A stretch of DNA of 64,000 bases from Phoronis australis (taxonomy: Eukaryota > Animalia > Phoronida): contig NMRA01000315.1 in the NCBI GenBank assembly GCA_002633005.1, positions 405,806 through 469,805 on the forward strand, in the 5' to 3' direction. Below the pieces are notes generated by a model that was not told the DNA's origin, did no database searches, and was given only the letters and a program-made list of their open reading frames with translations. This document shows, one piece after another, positions 24,521 through 37,492 of this stretch. Position numbers and translations under genes: made by a program. Position 1 is the stretch's first letter, and each line of letters begins with the position of its first letter.

Positions 24521-24526
24521 TTTATT
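24521..24526 (-). terminator. Candidate polyadenylation signal (AATAAA) ending a ~2 kb 3' UTR of the PPxY gene
   Basis: tttatt on + at the edge of a long stretch that is U-rich on the minus strand. Confidence 0.35.
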
Positions 24527-26463
24527 TTCTCTATATTTTTCATACATAATACACAGTACAAAAATTAAGCTTTGCCATGTCCATGTTCTGTACCATAGCT
24601 ACCAACAGGTGATATTTTGAAAAAAAAATGTTGGCATTCACACCAACCTTGGTTTTGGCAATTAAACAAAAACCAAATACCTTATATGGTATGGCACAAT
24701 ATTCCATAATGTTTCAGACATGTATGACATATGGCCTCAGCTTTTACAATAAATATACAACAAATCAGTCCACGACAATCAATCCTGTATACAGCTCAAG
24801 CAGGAATGAATGGCACAATATACAAAACAAACATCTCAATGGGAGATTTTCAAACAGCAATGCGGCAATTGATAATGTGGGACCAGATATTAGTGGGCCC
24901 TAAAGGACAGGGAGCCAATTAATAACTTATGTTTAATAAAAAAAGCATCACGTCTAAACACATACACTGTAAAAGGGTCGTCACCAAGTCAATCTGCTAT
25001 CCTATGCCACCCGCAAAGACCAAGTAATTCCTGCTACAGCTAGGTCACCAGTCCCATTTGATCAGCCTCATTGCATCCTGAAAGTCTCCCATTCTCTTTT
25101 GTTTCATTTCAAGTGACAACATATCAGTAATCATCACAAATCTCAAGCTGTAGTAATAAAGCATAATAATCAACAACCTTTAAACTTTCTCATCAACCGT
25201 TGTTACTTAATTGGGATCAACAAGTTGTTGTTACAACATAAAACCAACATATGTTTGGTAGACAACCAAATGGAATGCATGTTATATCACAGATAACTAC
25301 ACTAACTAGCAAGGACAGGTTCAAACAACAAAACTAGGGATATGCTCATTCCACTATTAAAAGTTTACATTATCCGAATAAAATGAAGTGGTATAAACCA
25401 GTAGTATTAACTGTGAATGTGCTCAATCAAAATATAAACTTCTTTAAAAATATACATGTCAAAACCACATATGGCAGGATTCTCTGTTGAAGTGAAAACC
25501 ACCAAACCAACGAACAAAGCCACAGATTGAAGCTATTCATGAACTTTACTTCTGCCATAGTAACACTAGTATCACTCAGCATGATTAAGAACTCTGACAA
25601 TAAAAAATCTTTGAAACTGTTGCCATAACAACACTCACGTTTTTTAAGGTGTCGTCATGATGAAAAGGTTCGATGTACAGCACTTGATACAAAAGTGTAT
25701 TTTCAATAAAATAAAAATTTTCAAGACTTACAAACTGCAAAAACTGAAGAAAAGCACAACACAACATATACAAAAACATAACATGTAACTCTTAAAAATA
25801 TAAATGTTAAAACTCAAATAAAAACTTTTAAAAACAGCCTTAAAATATGATGTATATTGTTTTCTCGTTTCACAAACCATTTTCTCAAAAATCAAAAAAC
25901 TCAACAAACCAAGTGAATCATCAGACTGTGAAGTTTAATGAACTTAATAAATTAACACTTTGTTGTGCGTGCCACTTGATTTCTAACCTGCAGACCTAAA
26001 GCACTTTAATACTATCATCATGGTATATATCATTTGAAAGATAATAATATTAAGATTGCTTGATACCTTCTAACATTACCACGGGTTACTTTGCATAGGC
26101 GGTACAAATATATGAAAAACACCTGGTCCTTTTCCCTTTTTAAACCCAATAACCTGATTGTGAATCGCTACGAAATAGAAATTTTTCAAAATCATGAGAA
26201 ATGGTATCATGAATGATGTCCTGAAGATGGCAGCACTGTTACACAGACGTGTCTCAAATGATGTAATTTTAACAAGTTTTTTACGCAGAGTTCAAACAAA
26301 AACTTACTTACAACTGGTTGCAAGTCTCCGTTTCGAAACTGTGTAAAATAAGTGGTACTAAATTTTAAGTGAAACAAGTCTGCAGAGCTTTAGGAAATCC
26401 ATATGTAGATCACGTGAAGATATCAATTTGACAAACTAAGTCTTGGATCACGCCCGCTGATGT

Positions 26464-26555
26464 CTAGTAAGGGTTGTAGGGTGGCGCAAGCACCGGTCCT
26501 GGGGCAACTGGAACTTGACCTGACATGGCGGGGTACGGACCTGGATTGTCATAGG
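26464..26555 (-). CDS. PPxY membrane protein last exon (YDNPGPYPAMSGQVPVAPGPVLAPPYNPY*)
   Basis: tctttcag acceptor; stop TAG at 26466-26464. Confidence 0.88.
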
Positions 26556-29500
26556 CTGAAAGAACAATTACGACAAGTTATTCTGAAGTACTCATTGTGA
26601 AGCACAAAACCATGCATCAGTGACCTAAAATGGAAAACTGTATTATTGCCAGGTCTTATTAATGCAAATACAGTGTCAGAGGTCAAACCTAACAAGATAT
26701 AACATCAACTTGGGTGTTAATTGATTAGCAACACAGCATTTGTTTCTCACCCATTCAACACAGTGCTTGTTTATCACCCATTCCACTCATCCTCATTTGC
26801 TTAACACACTACAACAAGTAGTTTTTAATAAGTAAAAGTTGTGTTTACAACTAAAGGGAACCACTCATAAGCTTGTGAGAAAAAAAAACAAATTAAAAAG
26901 TTACTGCGACTTCAAAGCAATGCGCAAGATGCTGGTTTTTCAAAGCTACTTTGTGGAACGATGGTTGTGGTAACAAGTCATGATGTTGGCTACAAGCTGC
27001 CACAAAGCATAAGGTACAATGCAGAATTCCTAGCGTAAGACTCATAGATAAAACATCACTACTAGGCAGTCTCTTCAGTGACTTGGCACTGTAAAGCCAG
27101 GCAAATGACAAAAATTAACAAGAGACTCTATGTCGCACTGTTGTGTATTACCTGTGTAGACAATAGGATTCCAGACTGAGGCAAGGTAAGAGAAAGACAA
27201 GCAACAATTATAAATCATGGCTTAATAGTTCCAGCCAGAATAATTTGACACAATATCAACCTCTTTTTTCAAGGAAAAGATGATTTTGAAATAAATGGCA
27301 AAACATATTTCTAAATATTACAGTTTTTGCGTTTCAATGTTTGCTACCTTGAAACATGTACATATGCTCTAGTTTATAGAATAAATGACTGAAGACCCTT
27401 GCAACACAATCACAAATTAGTGTTGCTATTTATCGGAGGAATATGCATTTTAGGGACATTTTATTATTTCATTATGCCCACGAAATCAGTCTGAATTAGT
27501 GGCAAAAACCCAGAAGCAAACCAAAAATAGGACTTTGTTGAAGAAAAAATATCCACTTTTTGAAAACTACTGTCCATGCTGAATTTTCTCTTTGTTGGGT
27601 ATTCTCGTCAATGAGTTAAAGAAAGGATATGCTCTGCAATTTCATTGTTTTTGGTAATCCTAAGTTCCCCATGCTGATGTTAAGTAATCACAAAGCAAGG
27701 CGGCCAATTTCATTCCCACACAGGAGATGGACTTTCAGTACACCTGGGACGTGATATCTATCGGTCCAGACCTAACACTTTTTACTCATCTGGCGTACAG
27801 TAGTTTTGAAAATCAGCTGGACAACATCCAAATTTAAGACAATTTTGACTTTACTGCAACTAAGTTTTCATTTCTTTGTGGCTGGAGCCGGTTGATGATT
27901 CTCGCTAAATCTCAACAAGATCTCAGCAGGTGTTGGTCCAGCTGATTTGTCAAAATCTCGCCAGCTTACTGGCAAGTACATTACTCCACAAGTGAACAAT
28001 GCACAGGTAGGCACAATAATGTACCACTCTTGACTACAATTCGACCAAAATGCTACATTATCTTGTCATAAGTTCGACTAAGCTACCAGTTTGTAACTGT
28101 TTGGTGGAGTCTGACACAATTCTTCCGCAGTTTGTTTAGTTTATTGTGAAAAATACAGTACTGGTCTGTAACTTGTAGTATTGAGTGAGGCAAAAACGTA
28201 TTTAAAGAGTTAAAACTTTCATTGCTGCAGTAGTACCGGTCAAAATTTGTCAACTATCTGAAAACTACTAAACTCTATCTGGTGACTGTCAACAAAGTGT
28301 TACTCACATGAATAGCCAGGCGGATATGTGGGTGAACTGTAATTGAAGTGAGGTTGAGACTGTGTTGGCTTGTAATCCGTCATTGGTTGTGTATAAGCAG
28401 GTGGAGCACCACTAGGAGCACCGTAGGGAGGAGGCTGGACAGGGGGATGGTTGACTGGCATCCCTGCAAAAGAAAATAAAATGGATCAGTGGGTCATTAC
28501 ATATGCACTGGTGGAAATCATACAAACACCCTCTTTGTGATCTCAATAGACTGAGAACAAAAAGCTGTTCACCATTGTGGAGGTTTATGGGATAAAAGTC
28601 CAATGTGAGCTGAATAATTTACAGGCCTGACAGCAGTTTCATTAGCACCACATGGCCATTTTCAAGTTTCTTGTTAGTTTGTTGTGTGTGCTTGACATAA
28701 AAGTGTCATGGATATTGAAGGTCATCTGGTCATTCCACGGCATTAACTTCAAAAGTGCTGTGCAAACTGACTTTACAAACTTAAGGTCTTTGAAAATAAG
28801 TTAACAAATTTTGAACAAAGTTAGGACCAGTGCGGTATCTGTCACAGACCATATGACTGTGATCTACACAATTTTGGAATTCTGCCACAAACTGAACAAC
28901 TTGATGTACTAATTTTCTTTGAAAAGGTGCATTGTTGGCGCATATGTAAAGCAATTTGTGCACATGACAAAATTGCAACACTTGTCAAACCAGTGTTTGA
29001 AACGGCCACCTTTATTGAACGTGTATGTTTCATTGATGACCAAGTCAGGTTATCAAGCGGATATGGATTGGGCAAATCATCAGGACCTAGATTAAAAATC
29101 AGGATCTGGAACATTACTACAGTTTTTGCAACAGAAAATATGACCCGATCTAAATATGTCAAATACACATGGCTATCCAAAACATCCAAAACTTAGCACT
29201 TAATAACAATATCAGGGTGACCAGACATTTACCCCAATCATCAATTCTAGTTAGCACCCATGGAGGTGCATTATGGTATCATTTACTGCAATAGTCAAAA
29301 TAAAACCGCAGCTGACAATACACAAGTGCTGTTCATAAGTGACCAGTAGGGAAAAAGCTTGTGTTTTGGGAGCTCAAAATTTTTGTTCAACATAGATATT
29401 TTAATTCCTTACAAAGAGCTAAAAATCACACATTTTAACTCGGGATGTGCATACATAACAAATCATTCAGTGAAAATTTTTAAAAGTGGAATAAGTGGTG

Positions 29501-32500
29501 AACAAAATGTAGGAGAATGGTACACAATAACATGTGACCCATGTGCCTGTACTGACCACTTGTAGTAGTTGACGACACTGTTACGTTGGTCGACGTGACT
29601 GTCATTGAGGGGTTGGTGGAAACAACCCGCACATTCCTGTTCTTGTAGCGCTTCTTAAGCCATACGCTGCAGCCAATCACAATAAAGACGATCAGCCAGG
29701 CTATACCAAACCTGTGGTTGAACATCACCAAAAACAAATGAGAATAGAGTTCATCAAGCACAACAATTTAAAGCACAGCAAAATAAGCATGTAACCAAGC
29801 CTCACAATCCTTGTTTTATAAATGTCAATGATCAGTCAGGGTCAGTCCAAGTTTAATTGTTGAAAATGAAAAGAGTTGGAGTCATTTAAATTGCCAATGT
29901 GAACCTGCCCAAATCTGTTGGGGTTTCAGAGACTTAGGAAAAGCGTACAATTTTATTTGAAGCGTGGCTATAAACACGTGTTGCCAAAGAAGCGAACTTT
30001 TGATTACTTTTGACTACTTACATGTATAACACTGGTCATTCCTTGAGCAGATGAGAAGTCGATTCCTGGGTTTGCCAAGAACTGACAGTTTGTTATTCTT
30101 TTCGACTATACTCTGACCACAAAATGACGTGTCGTGACAAGACATCTTGTGGAACCTGGTCTCGAGCAATAATGAACTGTCAGATTTTCCAAGGTCTAAA
30201 ATCACCTCCCATTTGTCCAAGCTGGACCAATGTAACACTACACTCATAATGGTGAAAGGTGTAATTTTGTGTGATGGAATGTAAATTTATAGCCACTTCA
30301 AGAAGCTCTTATACAATGTGCTCCTGAATCAATGAGCAAGTGATATTCCATTAGATTCAAGGAAAATCTCTTATGATTTCCTGTGCTTTCCCTGATGAAT
30401 GAGAACCATGTATAATGCTCTTGGTTGTTGTTCAACCTAATTTGAAGATGTGGGCTCTAGCATCTATAATAGCAACTGTGACTACGACAACAAGAGACGT
30501 TATCATCGGTAACATTACAGTGAAAGGTGGGAGCCAAAAAGCCCAACATAGCTTAATTCAACTTTAGTGTACAGTTGCCTGCACTATAAGGCGTTGCAGT
30601 TTTCACTAAATCAATGATGGAAACTGAAAGCAACATGATATAATTTGAGACAGACAATGCACATGGAAATTATAGCAATCGTGACTCTATAGATGGGTAA
30701 TAGCAAAATATTGATTTTTAAATAAAAGAAAGAGAATCACTTCAGAATTACTACAACCCTTTCTGATATGCAAGCATTTAGTAATATATTAATACCAACA
30801 CAGACAAAGAATTCACAAACAAGCCCAGGGTGATTTTTTTCAGATATTGAAAACATGTAAACAACAATGTTATCCTAAGCAATTTATGACCGTGAGTTAA
30901 ATGACTTTCGTAGCATAGAAACACGTTAGCTTCTTTCATTCAAATCTAACAAAACCTGCCTTTCGATTGGACTATTTGGTAACATTTATGTTTCCAGATA
31001 ACAAACTTGATCCAAAAACAGTAGTACCCATAATGTTGTTCACAATGCACCATCAAAATGGATGTTAAACCTCTCAAATTTCTTTTCCACACACACACAG
31101 CATAAAGAAGGCACAGTTAAAAGTCTTACCAAAAGTACCACAGCCCCGACACACAGTAATAGTAGCCACTGTAGTTATTATAACAGGCATTTGATACCTG
31201 AAAAGAAATTACAGCATGAACTTTGAAACATAGACAAGACCCTAACCAGCTTAACTTTTTGATGAAAAGGAAATTTTAGCACTTATTCGTTTCAGAATAA
31301 AGACGCATGATTTCACCGAGATTGCCCAATTTCTAAAAACAAGAAATTGTCTATAACGAACTTGTAAATTAGTCTGCTACTTACGAAAGTGTGGCCTGGA
31401 ATATGCCATGCAAATTAGTAGCTAGTGGAATTATGAAATGGAATCTGCTACTTCCGGGAGAAAATTTCACATATGACTACAGCTGGAACTTACATCGAAC
31501 TTGATCTCCGAGAAAAAATTATGATTTTTAGAATGTTCACAGTAAATCATGATAACAAATAGTATTACACAAAAACATGTGATAAAAAAGTTCCATCGTT
31601 AGCAGCAACCAACCATTAAAAAATAGAAACTGACAATTTTGGCAATAATTTTAGTACAACGTAAGTAGAAAATTAATCACCATAACTATATATCTGTCAG
31701 GTTCCACCAGTGTCATCTGACAAGTTTTGCATAATTCTAGGCAGCTTATAATTTGAATATTTTGGAAAACCAAAAGTTAGCCGATTGATAATCACTAAAA
31801 ATTGAAACACTCTGCAGTGGGACATTTTAGGATACTGGGGACATCCTTACACTGGACCTTAAGGTTATCTCAAACCATTTATATTTTAGTGGCCTCCATT
31901 CTAACTCGTAAATCAAAACACTAGGCTTTGTCAACTAGTAGACAGAAAAAATACCAAGGAATGTGAAAATATTTATATTGATGTTCCAATATTTTATGTT
32001 AACATCTTTTTAAGTCAAAATTTCATTTTTAAGAAAAGTACATTCACAGCAAAATAACCACCTCGGTCGATTTTAAAATGAAAACTTCACCAGTTACCTC
32101 AGTCTTTTCGTTTGGTTTCTATGACAAATCAACTCGAAAAACGTAAAGTATCTTTGTTAAAAATAGCAGTCGTATTTGTCTTTGTTACATTATGCAAAAA
32201 CTAGGCTTTTACATCGAAAATCCTAATAGTGATTTTGAGATTGATGAATAAGTATAGTTAAGTGTGTAAAGTTTCAGCGAAATCCACTGAGCCACTTTCG
32301 AGAACTTGTGTTCCTAAGTTCAAATTAAGTTGATTTGCTGAAGCTGAGTTAAGTTGATTAAATCATGAAAGGTAAACGTCTCAAGTCCTACGGTTAATTA
32401 TTCGGTGAAAACTTGTTTTCGGTCAATACCTGTACACACCTAAGCTGCTTTCATTATTTCAACATTCACGTGCAATGCCATCTGAATTTGCAGTGCATTA

Positions 32501-33396
32501 ATTAACTCGCTGGATACGAGTCGTAGCTCTGCGTTTACAACACGATTCGACTAAAATAAGGTTAATTCTCAAATCGGGGGAAATTCACTGAATTGGGAGA
32601 ATTTCACCACTTATCAGAATATTGCTGGCTTAATTGAAGCTGCATTTCCTTCCACACACTCAAAAATTAATTTTTGTTATTAATTCTCAGAAAAGGTGAT
32701 TTGGTGAATGGTCAATTACGGTTAAAAAGGACATTTTACACTGTTCTGAGAGGTTTGTTGTAACTTGGTTTGATTGTAGAATATTGCCAATGGTATATGC
32801 CATAGTTGATTTACAAAACTGTTAGGTTATATTGCCTATAAGAACTGAAGAGGTGATCAGTCGGCAAAATCAAACTGACCTTGTCATTGCAAGTAGTTTT
32901 TTGCATGGTGTGGACCTTGAATTTTTCCGATTTTATACATTTTCAACCTAAACACTTAGTAAAATTCATTCCCACAACTGGGAGAAATTCTCCAGGACTC
33001 TCAAGAGAATTTTATCTCCAATTGGAGAATTTACCCAATTTGATAACCTAGCTGCTTCTAATTTAGCCCATTATGTGTAGTTGACATGGATAGATAGGAT
33101 TGGGTTGGGGAAAACCACAGTCTACACTTTGCCTTTGCATTGTGCCATTGTGATATCCTAATCCTAGTGCTCAGGCGAATACTAGAAACCAAGCAACGCA
33201 ACAACAAGTGAACCAGTGCATTGGAAAAGCTTGGAAATTAATACACATCAAGAGAAGAAATAAGTTAATTGGTTCACCTTTGGTACCTCTGTAAATGCAG
33301 CAATACATTCAAACTAATATAACGGTTATTGTTTACCTGAAGAAGACTTAAGAAAAGGATAAGTAGGAGCTGGTGCTGCCAAGGATGTGGCGACAT
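26464..33396 (-). CDS. Single-pass PPxY-motif membrane protein, WBP1/VOPP1/CYYR1 (Shisa-like) type; 6 exons, about 184 aa
   Basis: Exons join in frame (555 nt): signal peptide, CYNNYSGYYYC, LWYFW plus TM, basic stop-transfer KKRYKNR, Pro/Tyr-rich tail with PPPY, PPAY and PPGY. Confidence 0.88.
27152..27175 (-). CDS. Putative 24-nt micro-exon (FWNPIVYT) of the PPxY membrane protein
   Basis: Strong pyrimidine tract ttgtctttctcttaccttgcctcag, ACAG|gtaata donor, symmetric phase 1-1. Confidence 0.6.
28308..28463 (-). CDS. PPxY membrane protein exon 4 (QPPPYGAPSGAPPAY...YPPGYS)
   Basis: ttttgcag acceptor, T|gtgagt donor; three PPxY motifs. Confidence 0.9.
29557..29711 (-). CDS. PPxY membrane protein exon 3 (TM helix FGIAWLIVFIVIGCSVWL, Thr/Ser-rich linker)
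   Basis: cacag acceptor, G|gtcagt donor. Confidence 0.9.
31130..31197 (-). CDS. PPxY membrane protein exon 2 (VSNACYNNYSGYYYCVSGLWYFW)
   Basis: cttttcag acceptor, TG|gtaaga donor, phase 0-2. Confidence 0.88.
33337..33396 (-). CDS. PPxY membrane protein exon 1, signal peptide MSPHPWQHQLLLILFLSLLQ
   Basis: ATG at 33396, CAG|gtaaac donor, hydrophobic core, phase 0. Confidence 0.82.
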
Positions 33397-33412
33397 TTCG
33401 TTATTAGTCTTT

Positions 33413-33423
33413 TGCGCATGCGC
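33413..33423. promoter_or_regulatory. NRF1-type motif TGCGCATGCGC just upstream of the PPxY gene start codon
   Basis: Near-perfect match to the established NRF1/EWG palindrome TGCGCATGCGCA, in a CpG-richer patch 17 nt upstream of the ATG. Confidence 0.5.
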
Positions 33424-34202
33424 CTCACCTTTCACCTGGCGGAAAATTAAATAAATATCGCCAAGCTTACGACTGAGGGGGGACTGGGAGGTACAATGTA
33501 GTTGGCTCGAGGCCAGACAAAACGCTTGCTCTTTCTTAAAATGTACGACAATATCTCTCGTAATCCAGTCCCGAAGTTTTGTTTTTTCTAGTTAAGTTCT
33601 ATTATTAGTCCTAATGGACTCTACCCAGCAAGATCGCGGGTTCTAATAAGGAAACTCATTAGATAAAACATATCTTGAATTACGCCAAGAACTTGAAGAG
33701 ATATTAAACTTAAGTTTTTATTGAAATTTTGTCTTAATTTTGACTAACGTACCTAACTACTGCCTGACTAAGGAAGTCTTAGACTTTTAAAGTCAAAAAT
33801 GAACTTACCGTCATAAGCCAGTTTCGCATGCCAGACGCTTGCAGAGAGTTGTTTTTTTGTGTGAATGCACCGCCGGGTCAGTGACATTATAATGACAGGT
33901 GACTGTGAGGCTACATGCGCGCACCCAAGGGGGGGGGGGGGGNGGTCTGCGCCCGGCCTGAGAGACAAGAACTTGAAGTCCAAGAAAATGGGACTAACTT
34001 CGCAAACGTGCACTTGCTCGGAGAGTGGTGCACCCGATTTTTTTAAGTTATTTTTAGTCTTCCAGCTCTTTTAATTGTTAGCAAAAGATTCACAACGTCA
34101 GGAATTCGAGCCACTCAATATTGAAGGCTGCGTGCGCGCATGGGCCCGGGCTAGCTCGATAGCCCCCTTTCCGAGTCAGTGATGCGACAGCCGAGTTCTT
34201 AA

Positions 34203-36082
34203 AGGAGAATGCCACCCGATTTAATTAGTCTTTTTTGCCGTCTTAATCGGTCTATCTCCGCTTCGCCTCGCATACGGTCGACCTTACCTTGCCAAGAGGT
34301 GTCGCGTTAACCTGTGAGGAAGGTGAGAAATGACGCTAGCGACGTCAGTGGTTCATAAGCAGAGTGAATGTCGCTACGTTGCGATGCATCGTTCCTGCTT
34401 CAGTGTCTGAACTAAGCACCTGCCAGAAAAGCGGGTATATCNNNNNNNNNNNNNNNNNNNNNNNNNNNNNNNNNNNNNNNNNNNNNNNNNNNNNNNNNNN
34501 NNNNNNNNNNNNNNNNNNNNNNNNNNNNNNNNNNNNNNNNNNNNNNNNNNNNNNNNNNNNNNNNNNNNNNNNNNNNNNNNNNNNNNNNNNNNNNNNNNNN
34601 NNNNNNNNNNNNNNNNNNNNNNNNNNNNNNNNNNNNNNNNNNNNNNNNNNNNNNNNNNNNNNNNNNNNNNNNNNNNNNNNNNNNNNNNNNNNNNNNNNNN
34701 NNNNNNNNNNNNNNNNNNNNNNNNNNNNNNNNNNNNNNNNNNNNNNNNNNNNNNNNNNNNNNNNNNNNNNNNNNNNNNNNNNNNNNNNNNNNNNNNNNNN
34801 NNNNNNNNNNNNNNNNNNNNNNNNNNNNNNNNNNNNNNNNNNNNNNNNNNNNNNNNNNNNNNNNNNNNNNNNNNNNNNNNNNNNNNNNNNNNNNNNNNNN
34901 NNNNNNNNNNNNNNNNNNNNNNNNNNNNNNNNNNNNNNNNNNNNNNNNNNNNNNNNNNNNNNNNNNNNNNNNNNNNNNNNNNNNNNNNNNNNNNNNNNNN
35001 NNNNNNNNNNNNNNNNNNNNNNNNNNNNNNNNNNNNNNNNNNNNNNNNNNNNNNNNNNNNNNNNNNNNNNNNNNNNNNNNNNNNNNNNNNNNNNNNNNNN
35101 NNNNNNNNNNNNNNNNNNNNNNNNNNNNNNNNNNNNNNNNNNNNNNNNNNNNNNNNNNNNNNNNNNNNNNNNNNNNNNNNNNNNNNNNNNNNNNNNNNNN
35201 NNNNNNNNNNNNNNNNNNNNNNNNNNNNNNNNNNNNNNNNNNNNNNNNNNNNNNNNNNNNNNNNNNNNNNNNNNNNNNNNNNNNNNNNNNNNNNNNNNNN
35301 NNNNNNNCCGGTACAACTTCTACCCTGACGGTTCTGTGGCCCGGCCAAAGCGAAACCTGAATTCGAGACCTCCGATCGACGAGAAAGTAGATTTGCAGTT
35401 TCGTGGCTAATTCACCAACATAATCAGGTGCACACTACTTTGGCTCGCTAGTATAGTATTTTCTTATCTGGGAGTTTAGTTTCCACTGAACTTTGGTTGG
35501 TTTATGTTCGTGTTGTCTGATCAGTTTCCGAGCTCACTATACTGGCCGGGATAACGCCGGAGTCAATCCGGCCGGCCGCGACGGACCTGGTCGGGCTCCG
35601 AGCCACTGCCAGGATAACAAGCGTTTTGTGTTTAGAACTCAAAAAATCACAAGTAAAAACAACACAGATCTAGGTTCTCCTGTGTGTATCTCACGGAAAA
35701 TACTTCGAAACTATCTCCGAACAGACCCCAAACTCCTGCTACCGCGGACCTTATTGGCCTGCCGAACTTTGTAGGCTACGGTGTGTCCAAATACTAATAA
35801 ATCCGTAAGAGCGAAATATAACAACACGTTTTCATAAGAAATCGGTGTATTTTTAAGGGTTTTACATCGAAGTTGGATGATTTATTGGTGTTAAACGATG
35901 ACTTCAAGCGATAAGCTGACAACAGTAACCCGTGTTGTGAACTGCCGAACACTGTGCGTGTGAAACCGATGACGTCATTGGATAATTTCAACACCTCCGT
36001 CTGCCGTAAGGGGTCAGGTAACGCAACCGTACGTGTCGTAAATTGATACAAATTAGGTTATTTTTTTGTGTGGCATGCTCCT
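34203..36082. mobile_element. Second copy of the same Kolobok-type family (interior in an assembly gap)
   Basis: TTAA TSD and the same termini; both sequenced ends align with the 19215-21703 copy. Confidence 0.85.
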
Positions 36083-36801
36083 TTAATCGACCTATCGCCA
36101 TGCCGACTGACAACTTAACTGACTAACAAAGTAGAGTGACAAAGGGGGCCCTCGGCTCTACGAAGAACTGAGGAAACCTGGGTGGAAGAATCAAAAGAGG
36201 GAAATCCTCAGTGGCTAAAAACGAAACCAGCTCTTGCTCTCCACTCGGTCTCAGTTGTAGCTCAAGTTGTAGCGTTGGGATTGACCCGAATGACTCAAGG
36301 CTATAAAGCGTCTTCTAATCGCATCGGATGGATTTGATGTCCTCTTGGTTACTCAAATAGGATCTTGACTGCGAGGAATATTCTGAGCCCAATTACAAAT
36401 GTGTACGTGTGAATCATTTGAAGGGAATACTGAAAGAAATGAAGTGACACTTACGGCGTAAGGTATCGCCGGACGTAATGCCACCGCGCAGCATGTAGTG
36501 TGTACTAGTGACTAACTTCAGTCGAAATCCTATTTAGTGAAGAACCTAACTGAACTGATCATAAAAGAACACTTCTGATAGTTGGGTTCAAAGCCAGGCG
36601 TGTCCCAAGGTCACCCCGAGACTGCCCGACAGTATACTATTGACACACTTGTGATTAGTAAATCTCGTCCGGTACACCTCTTTCACACAAATGCCTGGGA
36701 CCCAAAAATGTGATGTCTCAAAACGAAAAATGACCCTTTCAAACGCCCCATACCTCAGAGATCAGCTTTGCGCATACATGTACATGTATGTTAGAGGAGG
36801 A

Positions 36802-36876
36802 AGTGTGGCCCACTGTGATTGTGCCCGCCTTCTTTACTAGTCGAGGTCGTGGGTTCGAGTCCCACTGGGCCACACT
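36802..36876 (+). mobile_element. tRNA-derived SINE head or tRNA pseudogene
   Basis: Perfect T-arm GTGGG-TTCGAGT-CCCAC (B box) and A-box-like TGGCCCACTG; no proper D or anticodon arm. Confidence 0.55.
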
Positions 36877-37346
36877 GCTAGACCCTTGCGTCAGGTTTCT
36901 ATCTTAGCTTGGTTTTAACAATACAATGTATATTAATAAAGCACAAAAATATTTCCAGGTGATCAGTGCAATGGACCCACATGCGCGGTCTGCGCANAGC
37001 CCTGGCACCCACCAATCATGGTCATGGCAATATGGTTACCTGGCACGCACCCATTCATGTTTGCTACTTAGTTTTATTGCAAGATGTAATGCTCAGTGGA
37101 CCTATCAGACCAATGGCCCTTCCGACCAAAGACACTTCAGAAAATCAAAAGGAAAGCAGACTCGGTTTTGACATATCACCAAATACAAAAAAGACTTAAC
37201 TATCCGGTTTTCTGGAACAAAATAACGGCCTGTAATTCTCGACAAGTCTGAAAAGTTTGGAAAAATTTGAAACTCTTGAAAGTCAGCCAAACGACCAAGC
37301 GCGACCTACGCTTTAGAGAATTTCATGGCAACTGTGTGAATAGTCC

Positions 37347-37492
37347 ACCCACCAAGGACCAAAAGGCGAGATAGGGGTGCATGTTTTTAGTAATTCCAGC
37401 TCTTTCAAGATTGATGCCAATGATGCATAAGCAGATGACAGGAGCAGGATCGGTTGAAATCATTAAAACATTGTTTAGTTGCCTTTTTAAGT
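37347..37492 (+). repeat. Dispersed repeat shared with ~58870-59033
   Basis: CCACCCACCAAG..TGATGCCAATGATG..AGCAG.TGACAG in both places. Confidence 0.65.

Noticed and set aside
32560-33050. Degenerate inverted repeats (GGTTA..AAATT/CGGG.AAATTC) in intron 1 of the PPxY gene
   Set aside because: Probably an old MITE, but termini and TSD could not be defined.
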